Positions 29,443 through 38,733 of a stretch of DNA of 49,286 bases are shown in pieces. The position numbers were made by a program, and so were the translations under genes. The notes under the pieces are model-generated. The model was not told the DNA's origin. It ran no database searches and saw only the letters and a program-made list of their open reading frames with translations. Position 1 is the stretch's first letter. Each line of letters starts with the position of its first letter. This DNA is from Candidatus Nanosyncoccus sp. (GTDB lineage: Bacteria > Patescibacteriota > Saccharimonadia > Saccharimonadales > Saccharimonadaceae). The DNA is taken from the NCBI GenBank assembly GCA_045629825.1, contig JAZQRY010000057.1:1-49286 (forward strand), given 5' to 3'.

Positions 29443-31041
29443 CTAATCATTGATAGTCTCGACTTCGGTCGGAATATCCGCCTCGGTCGTCAGGTCATCC
29501 AGTGCGTAATTTTGCATTAAAGTCTCCAAATCTTGATATTCCACTGGTTCTACGATATTTAGATTATCGGGATAGGCGAAATCTAGATCCACCGTCACAT
29601 CGGCATCTTCGTTTTTATAATCGAAATACAGCCTAGTGAAGTTGTAATTATTGTCCACTTCCACATAGAAGCTTGGCAAGAAGCTTAAGTCTGATGTAAA
29701 GCTATCTACATTGGTTCCACTATTTACATAACCCATGCAGTCAAATAGATTCTCCGTTGCTGACAAATCTTGTGCTCCCTTGATGAAGCTATTTAGGTTC
29801 GTATTATCGATTGAGAGCTGATAAATCGGATTGGCTTTTTTGGCTACTGTCAAATTCTCGCTTGCAGACATGACGAATGGATTATTTTGATACAGCATTG
29901 CTACGCTGTTCATGCTACTACTGATATCTTCGGCAAACGTCGCGATACAACCTAGACTTTCGCTTCCGTCCATCTCTTCGGTTAACGCCCCTAGCTCATC
30001 ACCTGAGATTCTAATCCACTCCCCATCTATCAGGTCGGCTATCCCGGCGAAATCTTCCAATAAGCTCGTTGATGTGACCTGTCCGGTACCACATTTATCC
30101 GTCTCACCATCGCATTTATCTATTACCTCCACGGTGCAACCTTCTTCACCGTCTTCTACAATGCAATCATCAATTACTTCATTCGTGTAAAGCGCCGCTT
30201 CGTTGATGCTCGTAATGGCATCTGCCAGGCCATCGGCTTTGACGTATAGATCTCCGCCCTTAGCGTAGACTTCGCTTAGCTCTATCGCAACATCCTCGCG
30301 AGACCCCCTAGTGGTCAACGTCAAGGTGGCATTGGTAGCATTAATGGCGGTGCCACCAACTAGCTTGACATCTAAGTCGACTTTCATCTTAGAAAAGGTT
30401 GAACTAGGATCATTTGATTTTGCCTCAATTGTGCCGTTGATTGCAACGTTGCTATTCACTCCGCTTAGTAACTTATCGATCGCGTGCCCTACGGCATCTT
30501 CTGGCTCGCGGTTAATCAGAAGTAGTGCCGCCGCCACCCCACAAATGACTGCCACGACAATCGCTATGATTCCTGCAATTATTAATCTTCGTTTCCTTTT
30601 TTGCTTCTTGTTTGGGTCAACCTCGGTCACTGCTGGCTGAGGTGTATTCGTGGCTGGCTGTACCACCACTGGCGGCATAGCGGATTGTGGCTGTCTTGTC
30701 ACCATAGTCGGTCGCGTCGCAGTGGCTGGACGTGCTGGCGCCGGAGCTGGTGCAGGTCTTGGCATAGTTCTTGAAGCTGGCCTAGCAGCTGGAGCTGGAC
30801 GAGCCGGAGCTGGTCTCGGAGCTGGCTTAGGTGCTGGCGCTGTGTGAGTCGGCGTTAATGTTTGCTCTGCTTCGCTCGGCGCTTCAGCCTGCATACTTGA
30901 ATTACCTGTATCCGTAGGCGCCGATGAATTCCCATTCATCTGTGCAAGAAAATTCGAAACCAAATCAGACGAGCCGGAATTATTGCCCACTCCAGGATTC
31001 GGGTTCAGGGGGTTAGGTGTACCTCCTTGGTTTCCTTCCAT
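29443..31041 (-). CDS. Single-pass membrane protein with Pro/Ala-rich N-terminus and acidic extracellular domain
   Basis: PAPARP repeats, KKQKRKRR plus TM, large acidic domain; AGGAG SD. Confidence 0.8.
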   Translation of the reverse strand: MEGNQGGTPNPLNPNPGVGNNSGSSDLVSNFLAQMNGNSSAPTDTGNSSMQAEAPSEAEQTLTPTHTAPAPKPAPRPAPARPAPAARPASRTMPRPAPAPAPARPATATRPTMVTRQPQSAMPPVVVQPATNTPQPAVTEVDPNKKQKRKRRLIIAGIIAIVVAVICGVAAALLLINREPEDAVGHAIDKLLSGVNSNVAINGTIEAKSNDPSSTFSKMKVDLDVKLVGGTAINATNATLTLTTRGSREDVAIELSEVYAKGGDLYVKADGLADAITSINEAALYTNEVIDDCIVEDGEEGCTVEVIDKCDGETDKCGTGQVTSTSLLEDFAGIADLIDGEWIRISGDELGALTEEMDGSESLGCIATFAEDISSSMNSVAMLYQNNPFVMSASENLTVAKKANPIYQLSIDNTNLNSFIKGAQDLSATENLFDCMGYVNSGTNVDSFTSDLSFLPSFYVEVDNNYNFTRLYFDYKNEDADVTVDLDFAYPDNLNIVEPVEYQDLETLMQNYALDDLTTEADIPTEVETIND

Positions 31042-31123
31042 AAAAACTCCTTTTCTATAAATTCTTATGTTAATAATATCACATTTTTCCGCAGAAATGA
31101 AAAAATCCGTGTATAATATTAAT

Positions 31124-32425
31124 ATGCTTATGAATAATTATACGATCAAAGAAATTAAAGCCCGTCAGGTCTTAGACTCACGCGGCAATCCTACGGTGGA
31201 AGCCAACGTTTGGCTAGATGGTGGTGGATTCGGCAAAGCAATTGTGCCGTCCGGTGCATCTACCGGCTCAGGTGAAGCTTTGGAGCTCCGTGATGGCGAA
31301 CAGAGCTATTATCGTGGCAAGGGCGTACTAAAAGCAGTTTGGAATGTTAATTCCAAGATACGCGACGTCTTAGTAGGCAATTCATCTGACCCATTCATCG
31401 TGGATCAATTATTGATCGATTTAGATGGCACCGAAGATAAGTCCAATCTTGGCGCCAATGCTATCCTGGGTGTATCGCTTGCTAACGCCAAAGCTAACGC
31501 TAGCGCCCGTAAGATGCCTTTCTATCTTTATGTTGCTGAGCTCGCTGGCACGATTGATCGTATGTCTATCCCTATGCCGATGATGAACGTAATGAATGGT
31601 GGCGCGCATGCTGCCTGGGCTACTGATTTTCAGGAATATATGATTGTACCAGTTGGAGCTGGTAATATTGCCGAAGCCGTACGTTATGGTGCGGAAGTAT
31701 TTTATGCCCTGAAAGATGTATTGACGGAGCGTGATTATCCTACCACCGTAGGCGACGAGGGTGGCTATGCCCCCCGTGTACGCGAAGGCAACAATGAGCC
31801 ACTCGAATGCATCAAGCAAGCTATTGAACGTGCTGGCTTTACCCCAGGTAAAGACGTTGCTATTGCTATGGATATCGCCGCCAGCGAATTTTACGATCAC
31901 GACCATTATGTGCTCAAGACTAATGGTGATTGGAAAACCGCCGACGACCTGACCAACTGGTATACTTGGATCATTGACAACTATCCCGTAGTTTCTATCG
32001 AAGACGGCCTAGCTGAGAACGATTGGGACAATTGGAAGAAAATGACCGAGCGTCTAGATGACCGCGTACAGCTCGTAGGTGATGACTTATTTGTCACTAA
32101 TACTGAACTACTTCAAAAAGGCATCGAACTCGGCGTAGCTAATGCCATCCTAATTAAACCAAATCAAATCGGCACTTTTTCCGAGACTATCGACGCCGTT
32201 ATTATGGCGCAAAACGCTGGTTATAATACCATCATTTCGCATCGCTCTGGCGATACGGAAGATACATCCATCGCACATCTAGCTGTCGGTCTAGGCTCCG
32301 ATCAAATTAAGACTGGCTCGCTCTCTCGTTCTGAGCGCATCGCTAAATATAACGAGCTCATCCGCATCGCTGATGTCAACTCTCGTCTCGGCCTAATCAA
32401 TCCGTTCAAAGATTTGCTACAATAG
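31124..32425 (+). CDS. eno: Enolase
   Basis: LDSRGNPTVE, VPSGASTG, GDEGG, SIEDG, VGDDL, SHRSG, GSLSRSER; start at 31124 (or 31130) after TGTATAAT. Confidence 0.97.
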   Translation: MLMNNYTIKEIKARQVLDSRGNPTVEANVWLDGGGFGKAIVPSGASTGSGEALELRDGEQSYYRGKGVLKAVWNVNSKIRDVLVGNSSDPFIVDQLLIDLDGTEDKSNLGANAILGVSLANAKANASARKMPFYLYVAELAGTIDRMSIPMPMMNVMNGGAHAAWATDFQEYMIVPVGAGNIAEAVRYGAEVFYALKDVLTERDYPTTVGDEGGYAPRVREGNNEPLECIKQAIERAGFTPGKDVAIAMDIAASEFYDHDHYVLKTNGDWKTADDLTNWYTWIIDNYPVVSIEDGLAENDWDNWKKMTERLDDRVQLVGDDLFVTNTELLQKGIELGVANAILIKPNQIGTFSETIDAVIMAQNAGYNTIISHRSGDTEDTSIAHLAVGLGSDQIKTGSLSRSERIAKYNELIRIADVNSRLGLINPFKDLLQ

Positions 32426-32427
32426 AA

Positions 32428-33144
32428 TTATTTGTTTTCCTTCTTTATCTCGCTTGCTTCTCGGAATCCGTCGTAGAAGTTTTCCGAAATCTTCGGGTGA
32501 CCAATTTTGTTGGCAGCAGCTACAACTTCATCCAGATTATTTGTAATTTTAAATATACCTGTGTCTTGTGGCGCAATGAGTCCCAGAGCTAACATTTTAC
32601 CAATGACTTTATCGAATGCCTTCCAATAACTCTCGCCGATTAAAAACACCGGCATCTTGGGCATCTTCTTCTCTTGCGTAAGGCACAGAATCTCTGAAAT
32701 TTCATCCATCGTACCAAATCCGCCCGGGAAAAATGCAAACACCTTCGCTGACATCGCTAATGCTACTTTGCGTGCAAAGAAATATTCGAAAGTTAGACAA
32801 TCGGTCAAATATGGATTTGGAAACTGCTCATGTGACAAAGTAATATTTAGCCCAATCGTACGCCCGCCGATTTCGTATGCTCCGTGCGACGCCGCTTCCA
32901 TAATACCGGGGCCTCCACCAGTAATTACTGCGTGGCCATTCTCCGCTAATTTGTGTCCCAGCTCAAATGCCATTTTACAGTACTTATTATCCTGCGACAA
33001 CCTAGCCGAGCCAAATACTGTTACCCCTTGCGGAAATGAACGTACAATCTGCAGCCCCCTACCAAGATCCTTGGCATAAGCGTTAGCGCGCTCTAGGTCT
33101 GCAATCGATAGTTTTTTGAGTAATTCTTCTTCGGTTTTGATCAT
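32428..33144 (-). CDS. LOG family (TIGR00730-like) nucleotide phosphoribohydrolase
   Basis: VFGSAR, TGGGPGIM, PGGFGTMDE. Confidence 0.92.
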   Translation of the reverse strand: MIKTEEELLKKLSIADLERANAYAKDLGRGLQIVRSFPQGVTVFGSARLSQDNKYCKMAFELGHKLAENGHAVITGGGPGIMEAASHGAYEIGGRTIGLNITLSHEQFPNPYLTDCLTFEYFFARKVALAMSAKVFAFFPGGFGTMDEISEILCLTQEKKMPKMPVFLIGESYWKAFDKVIGKMLALGLIAPQDTGIFKITNNLDEVVAAANKIGHPKISENFYDGFREASEIKKENK

Positions 33145-33156
33145 ATTGTCTCCTTA

Positions 33157-34119
33157 TTATATTATTTGAATCGGCATAGTATGTAACTGCTCCCCGCCCG
33201 TTAGAGCTCCTTTGTTGGCTCCAATCTCTGTAATCACAGATGTGGAATTTGCCGCCGCATATATAATCGAATCGTGTAATGACTTGCCGTCTGCTAAATG
33301 CGCTAAGAAGCCTGAACCAAAAGCGTCTCCTGCCCCAGTAGCGTCTTTAATCTTCTTATCTTCGTAAATTCCAAAGCGGTAGGCTTCGCGATTGTCGCCG
33401 GCGACTCCGCCCATCGATCCAGCCGTAATCAGTACCATGCCAACGTAATTAATCAAATGGTAAAATAGCTCTAGCAAATTCTCTCCGTCGGCAATCTGTG
33501 CCGCTTCTGATTGATTCACGCTTAAAATATCTACATATTGAAACAAGTCAATCAATCGCTGGCGGTCCTCTAACTCTTTGTTTCCTGGATTGAACATAAT
33601 CCTAGTACCTAGCTCCCGCGCCTTTCTGAAGAATCTCTCTAATGTATCGAAATCCCCCTTTAGTGAAGTCACATACAGCCAATCTGGGCGAATTGTTTCC
33701 AAATCTTGTTCGCTAAAATTCCCAAATTGCTCCGATGCTCCCCGACAAGTCAGTATTGTGCGCTCGCCACTTCGTGTATCTAGCAGAATCACCGACGTGC
33801 CAGTAGATTTATGCTCCAAGAAATTGACATAGTTATTATCTATGCCTTCACGGTCCAAAAGTTTAAGTACTGCATCGCCCGCCGAGTCATGTGCAATATT
33901 ACCGATAAATACCGCCTCATGTCCATGCCGTGCAAATTCTACTGCGGAATTAATGCCACCCCCACCAATTTCGTAATCAATCTGGTCCACGTCCACCTTA
34001 GACCCTACTGATATATCACCATATATTGTCCTGTTGTCAAGCTGAGACGCCTTTAAGTCATCCTTATCAATCAGATAAATATCCTGCAAAGCCGAGCCGA
34101 GCGATACTATGCGAGCCAT
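33157..34119 (-). CDS. PfkB family carbohydrate kinase
   Basis: GGGGINSA, DATGAGDAFGSG. Confidence 0.93.
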   Translation of the reverse strand: MARIVSLGSALQDIYLIDKDDLKASQLDNRTIYGDISVGSKVDVDQIDYEIGGGGINSAVEFARHGHEAVFIGNIAHDSAGDAVLKLLDREGIDNNYVNFLEHKSTGTSVILLDTRSGERTILTCRGASEQFGNFSEQDLETIRPDWLYVTSLKGDFDTLERFFRKARELGTRIMFNPGNKELEDRQRLIDLFQYVDILSVNQSEAAQIADGENLLELFYHLINYVGMVLITAGSMGGVAGDNREAYRFGIYEDKKIKDATGAGDAFGSGFLAHLADGKSLHDSIIYAAANSTSVITEIGANKGALTGGEQLHTMPIQII

Positions 34120-34121
34120 GA

Positions 34122-34778
34122 TTACAACACTACTCCATTCTTATCGATTTCAGCCACTAGTGATTGGAAGGATTCGGCTGGATCGTTCGCTTGCGAAATC
34201 GCCGCTCCTACGTTAATCACATCAAGATCAGCATGCGCCAACGCTCGTACATTGGTGATATTGGCACCCCCATCCCAGCCGATTTCTACTTCTGGCTTCA
34301 TGTTGCGCACCAAGGCAATCTTCTCCATTTGCATTAGATCTGCCGGCGCGCCTTGAGTCCCTAGTTGCCCTGCGAATATCAGCACATGATCTGCCGCATC
34401 AATGTATGGCTTCACGTTGCCAGGATAAGTTTGTGGCAAAAGCGCAACACCAGTCCGAATCCCTGCTTGTTTCAATGACTCAAACGTCGGCAACAAATCT
34501 TCGTTTGCCTCGGCATGTAAGATGCAAAGCGATGGATGCAACTTCAGAATGGTATCGAGAAACGATGATGGATTCGTCGCCATCAAATGCAAATCGGCTG
34601 TCCAGTTCTTTGGCCACCAAACATTCGTAATATCGAGCGTCGGGTACGGTGCGAATACGCCATCCGTCACGTCAATCTGTACGCGTCGCGTGAAGGTATT
34701 GACTCGCTCTACCTGAAAGCGATAATCTTGCTTGTTGTCGGTCAAAATCGCCGGCACAATTGATACTGTTCTAATCAT
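34122..34778 (-). CDS. rpe: Ribulose-phosphate 3-epimerase family protein
   Basis: QIDVTDG.F, DLHLM, WDGG, VG. Confidence 0.85.
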   Translation of the reverse strand: MIRTVSIVPAILTDNKQDYRFQVERVNTFTRRVQIDVTDGVFAPYPTLDITNVWWPKNWTADLHLMATNPSSFLDTILKLHPSLCILHAEANEDLLPTFESLKQAGIRTGVALLPQTYPGNVKPYIDAADHVLIFAGQLGTQGAPADLMQMEKIALVRNMKPEVEIGWDGGANITNVRALAHADLDVINVGAAISQANDPAESFQSLVAEIDKNGVVL

Positions 34779-35235
34779 AATCTTCCCTTTCGTCTAATTT
34801 ATTTATGCGCCTTACGCGACGCTCAATTTTCATAAAATCAGTGTCAATAAAGGTCCGAACCGTTTCTTTGGCCGCTTCATCACTCATGCTGTGCGCTGAA
34901 AGGCAGAGTATATTAGCATCATCGTGCTCACGCGCCAGTACTGCTGACTCCGGACTATCACAATGCGCCGCCCGAATCCTTTTAAAACGGTTTGCCTGGA
35001 TGGTCATCCCGTGCGCCGAATCACAAATCAAGATGCCCATCGAGCCACTATCTTCGCGTACGGATTTCGCCACTTTGACAGCGGGTTCATTGAAATCATC
35101 GCCTTCATGGTATTCGTAAGCGCCTTCGTCCTGTACATCGTGCCCTAAATCTGTCAAATACTGTGCCAGAAGCGTCTTCTTGGCTAATCCGCGATAGTCT
35201 GCACCTATATATATCTTCATCTTATTCTTTTCCAA
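34771..35235 (-). CDS. rpiB: Ribose-5-phosphate isomerase B family
   Basis: IGADYRG, GILIC, ANR, AREHDDANILCL. Confidence 0.88.
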   Translation of the reverse strand: MEKNKMKIYIGADYRGLAKKTLLAQYLTDLGHDVQDEGAYEYHEGDDFNEPAVKVAKSVREDSGSMGILICDSAHGMTIQANRFKRIRAAHCDSPESAVLAREHDDANILCLSAHSMSDEAAKETVRTFIDTDFMKIERRVRRINKLDEREDYD

Positions 35236-36223
35236 ATCCTACTGCCAGCTCGACTAGCCTGTTTGAGTATCCCCATTCATTATCATACCAGGCCACCACT
35301 TTAACCATATTACCACCCACTACGTCAAGTAGCGGCAAATCCACGACGCAAGAATGCGGGTCGCCGATAAAGTCGGACGAGACCAACTCTTCTTCGCTTA
35401 CGCCAATGATACCTTCGTAATACGGCTCCTTAGCGGCTTTCTTGAAAATCTTCTCCAACTCCTCTTTTGAAGTGTCCCGCTTTAGTACCGCAGTAATGTC
35501 AGATAAAGATACTACTGGGGTAGGTACGCGCACTGATAGCCCAGCGAATTTATCTTTGAGCGTAGGAATAGTAAGCGCTGTAGCTTTGGACGCGCCAGTG
35601 GAAGTCGGCACGATATTCTCAGCCGCACTGCGCGCTTCTCTTAGATCCTTTGCCGGCGCATCGAGTAACTTCTGTGATCCAGTATACGAGTGTACCGTCG
35701 TCATCATGGCCTTCTCTACACCAAATGTGTCTTCGAGTATCTTCATAATTGGCGCAATACAGTTCGTAGTGCAAGATGCATTAGACAATATTTTGTCTTT
35801 GCCGTCAACTACATCTTCATTGACGCCAAGTACGATAGTCTTTGCTCCTTCACCTTTTGCTGGTGCTGAGATTACTACTTTTTTCGCTCCTGCCGTGATG
35901 TGCGCCTTGGCATCTTCCGGGTTAGTGAAGAATCCGGTCGACTCAATCACTACATCGACTCCTAATTTCTTCCATGGTAAATTAGCTGGATCTTTTTCGG
36001 CATAGACTGGAATCTCGCGCGTATTAATAATTAAGGAGTTCTCTCCCGCTGAAATCTTCTTGTCGTAAGCCCCATATGAAGAATCATATTTTAATAGGTG
36101 CGCTAATGTCTTCGCATCCGTAATGTCATTAATTGCCACCACCTGCACGTCGCGTCGATCCAACAAAATCTTCAGTGCATTCCGCCCGATCCTGCCAAAA
36201 CCGTTAATCGCTACTTTTACCAT
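35222..36223 (-). CDS. gap: Type I glyceraldehyde-3-phosphate dehydrogenase
   Basis: INGFGRIGR, SNASCTTNC, WYDNEWGYS. Confidence 0.98.
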   Translation of the reverse strand: MVKVAINGFGRIGRNALKILLDRRDVQVVAINDITDAKTLAHLLKYDSSYGAYDKKISAGENSLIINTREIPVYAEKDPANLPWKKLGVDVVIESTGFFTNPEDAKAHITAGAKKVVISAPAKGEGAKTIVLGVNEDVVDGKDKILSNASCTTNCIAPIMKILEDTFGVEKAMMTTVHSYTGSQKLLDAPAKDLREARSAAENIVPTSTGASKATALTIPTLKDKFAGLSVRVPTPVVSLSDITAVLKRDTSKEELEKIFKKAAKEPYYEGIIGVSEEELVSSDFIGDPHSCVVDLPLLDVVGGNMVKVVAWYDNEWGYSNRLVELAVGFGKE

Positions 36224-36233
36224 TTTACCTCCT

Positions 36234-36271
36234 AAAAAAATCTACTTATGTTCATTATAGCATAAGTAGAT
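36234..36271 (-). terminator. rpsG terminator containing the extended -10 of the gap promoter
   Basis: ATCTACTTATG/CATAAGTAGAT stem plus T7; TGCTATAAT inside the hairpin. Confidence 0.75.
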
Positions 36272-36290
36272 CAAAAATCCCAGATGATTT

Positions 36291-36767
36291 TTAGCGTGCG
36301 AAGTGTGCAAATGCGCGGTTGGCTTCTGCCATCTTGTGGCAGTCTTCCTTCTTCTTGAACGCTGCACCAGTCTCATTGTACGCATCGACAATCTCAGCCT
36401 CGAGCCGCTTAGCATAAGGCATACCCTTGCGTGCCCGTGCCGACTGCACTAGCCACGAAAAGGCGAAGTGGAGCTGTCGGTGACCCGAGATTGGGAACGG
36501 AATCTGATAGTTGGCCCCGCCAACTCGGCGAGACTTCACTTCGAAATCTGGCGACACATTGGAAATGGCCTTTTCTAGTACTTCCACTGGATTCTCGGAC
36601 TTCAATTTCTTAGCAGCGCCTTCGATTGCGGTATAAACTGCCCGCTCAGCAACTTGCTTTTTACCGTCTAGCATCGACTTGTTAATCAATCTCTGCACTA
36701 GCATGGACTGATATTTACGATCTGGATTGACTTTACGAACTAACGATTTAGTAGTCTTACGTGGCAT
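36291..36767 (-). CDS. rpsG: 30S ribosomal protein S7
   Basis: GKK..AE, EVKSRRVGGANYQ, HKMAEANRAFAH. Confidence 0.98.
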   Translation of the reverse strand: MPRKTTKSLVRKVNPDRKYQSMLVQRLINKSMLDGKKQVAERAVYTAIEGAAKKLKSENPVEVLEKAISNVSPDFEVKSRRVGGANYQIPFPISGHRQLHFAFSWLVQSARARKGMPYAKRLEAEIVDAYNETGAAFKKKEDCHKMAEANRAFAHFAR

Positions 36768-36769
36768 AA

Positions 36770-37183
36770 TTACTTATCCTCCTTCTTCGCTCCGTATTTC
36801 GAGCGACCTTGCTTGCGCCCCTGCACACCTTGGAGACCCAAGGTACCACGCACTACGTGATAACGCACACCAGGAAGATCCGGCACACGGCCACCGCGTA
36901 CTAGTACTACGGCGTGCTCCTGCAAATTGTGACCTTCACCACCGATATATGCCCAGACTTCCTGACCGTTAGTAAGGCGTACACGAGCTACCTTACGCAT
37001 AGCGGAGTTAGGCTTCTTTGGTGTCTTGGTTGTAACTTTGATACACACCCCACGCTTGAGTGGAGCTGCTTTCTCGTAGCGCTTGGTCTTCAAAGTATTT
37101 ACGATGGAGCCAAGAGCTGGAGATTTGGATTTCTTTGCAGCCTTTTTGCGAGGCTTTCTAATCAACTGATTAATAGTTGGCAT
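36770..37183 (-). CDS. rpsL: 30S ribosomal protein S12
   Basis: [38 protein letters not shown]. Confidence 0.98.
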   Translation of the reverse strand: MPTINQLIRKPRKKAAKKSKSPALGSIVNTLKTKRYEKAAPLKRGVCIKVTTKTPKKPNSAMRKVARVRLTNGQEVWAYIGGEGHNLQEHAVVLVRGGRVPDLPGVRYHVVRGTLGLQGVQGRKQGRSKYGAKKEDK

Positions 37184-37216
37184 TAAAATTTCCTTTTTTA
37201 GATTAGTATATTATAT

Positions 37217-37354
37217 ATAGTGAACTACCTACGCTATATATAGCGTTTACTAGACTCAAAATCTACTCCCAGACCATATATCTAGCGTTCACTATTTGCC
37301 AGTTTGTTTACAGCAATCACAAACCAGCCGAAACTCTTATCGACAATTATACCA
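37217..37354 (-). promoter_or_regulatory. rpsL promoter and structured 5' leader
   Basis: TGGTATAAT at 37346-37354; stem 37217-25/37287-95 enclosing three hairpins. Confidence 0.55.
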
Positions 37355-37418
37355 TACCTGCCACCAAAAGTCCACAAAAAACTAGGCGCCCCGCCGCCTA
37401 GTCTATTATTGCAACTAG

Positions 37419-38708
37419 CTATTTTTTCTTGCCAGAATTCGTATCTACCAAATAATCCAAAGTAGCCTCGATAGTCAAACGATTCTTGATATCCATCTTG
37501 ACGTTGGGATTCTTGAGATTCTTGAGTGCCTCAGGAGACTTCTTGTAGACATCTCGTAGCTCCGCAATCTTGGCATTTACAAGATCGTCTGAAACAGTGA
37601 TTTTTTCGGAGAGTGCTACGTTTTGCAAAGCTAGCGAAGCCTTCACTCTTTCTTCGGCAATTTTGCGAGCTTGCTTCTCCCAGGTTTCAAGCGTCTCGCC
37701 ATTCGCTTCTAGGAAATCTTCAAAGCTAAGCCCTTGTGCCGCTACGTTGCGCGTCATATCATCACGAATAGCACGTACCTGGTCGTCAATCAGTATTTCT
37801 GGTGCCGGAATCTTTGACTTTTTAACTAGTTCCTTTACTAAGTCATCTTTAAATTTTTCTTTCGCCTTGTGCTCGTTCTGCATCTTGAGATTTTTCTCGA
37901 TGTCTGCCTTTAGCTCATCCAAAGTCTTGAATGGTCCGCATTTCTTAGCCATCTCGTCATCAATCTTAGCCTTCTTGACTTCATTCACTTGCTTGAGCAA
38001 AGTTTCAAATACCACCTTTGCCCCAGCCAAATCTTTTACGCCATAATACTTAGGAAAAGTCAAATTAAGATCGAACTTATCACCTGGCTCATGCCCTACG
38101 ATGCCATCCTCAAAACCAGGGATAAAAGTATTTGAGCCCAGCGTTAGCTTGTAATCCTTCGCCGAACCGCCCTTAAATGGCTTGCCGTCCTTTTTCCCGA
38201 CAAAATCAATAATTACTTCGTCGGTTAATTTGGCTGCACGTTTGGTCACTTTTTTCTCTGCGAAGGAAGTGGCGATGTTATTTAGGATTTCGTCGATTTC
38301 CTTCTTGGTGACCTTGGCGTCATCCATTTTGACGTCAAGCTTCTTGTAATCGCCTAGCTTAACTTCTGGAATGATATCGGCGGTAGCGGTGTACTCTACA
38401 GTCTCTCCTGGTACAAACTTAGTTACATTGACGCTCGGAATTATGAGCGGGCTCTTTTCTTCTTTTTGGAAGGCAGTAATTACCGTAGTGCGTACGGCAT
38501 AGTCTAAAGCCTCGGAATTTAAATCATTCTCGGGGATAAATTTCTTAGCTATCTCTACTGGTACCTTGCCTTTTCTAAAGCCTTCGACCTTAATCTCCTT
38601 AGCTAATTTCTCTAAAGCCTTCTCCTGGGCGACTTTTAAATCGTCCGCGTCCAACGTCACTGTAATCTCGACACGCGAATCTGAAAGTTTCTTAAACTTT
38701 GTTTTCAT
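37419..38708 (-). CDS. tig: Trigger factor
   Basis: GFRKGKVP, IDFVG, LGSNTFIPGFE. Confidence 0.96.
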   Translation of the reverse strand: MKTKFKKLSDSRVEITVTLDADDLKVAQEKALEKLAKEIKVEGFRKGKVPVEIAKKFIPENDLNSEALDYAVRTTVITAFQKEEKSPLIIPSVNVTKFVPGETVEYTATADIIPEVKLGDYKKLDVKMDDAKVTKKEIDEILNNIATSFAEKKVTKRAAKLTDEVIIDFVGKKDGKPFKGGSAKDYKLTLGSNTFIPGFEDGIVGHEPGDKFDLNLTFPKYYGVKDLAGAKVVFETLLKQVNEVKKAKIDDEMAKKCGPFKTLDELKADIEKNLKMQNEHKAKEKFKDDLVKELVKKSKIPAPEILIDDQVRAIRDDMTRNVAAQGLSFEDFLEANGETLETWEKQARKIAEERVKASLALQNVALSEKITVSDDLVNAKIAELRDVYKKSPEALKNLKNPNVKMDIKNRLTIEATLDYLVDTNSGKKK

Positions 38709-38733
38709 ATTAACTCCTATAAATTTATTTCTA

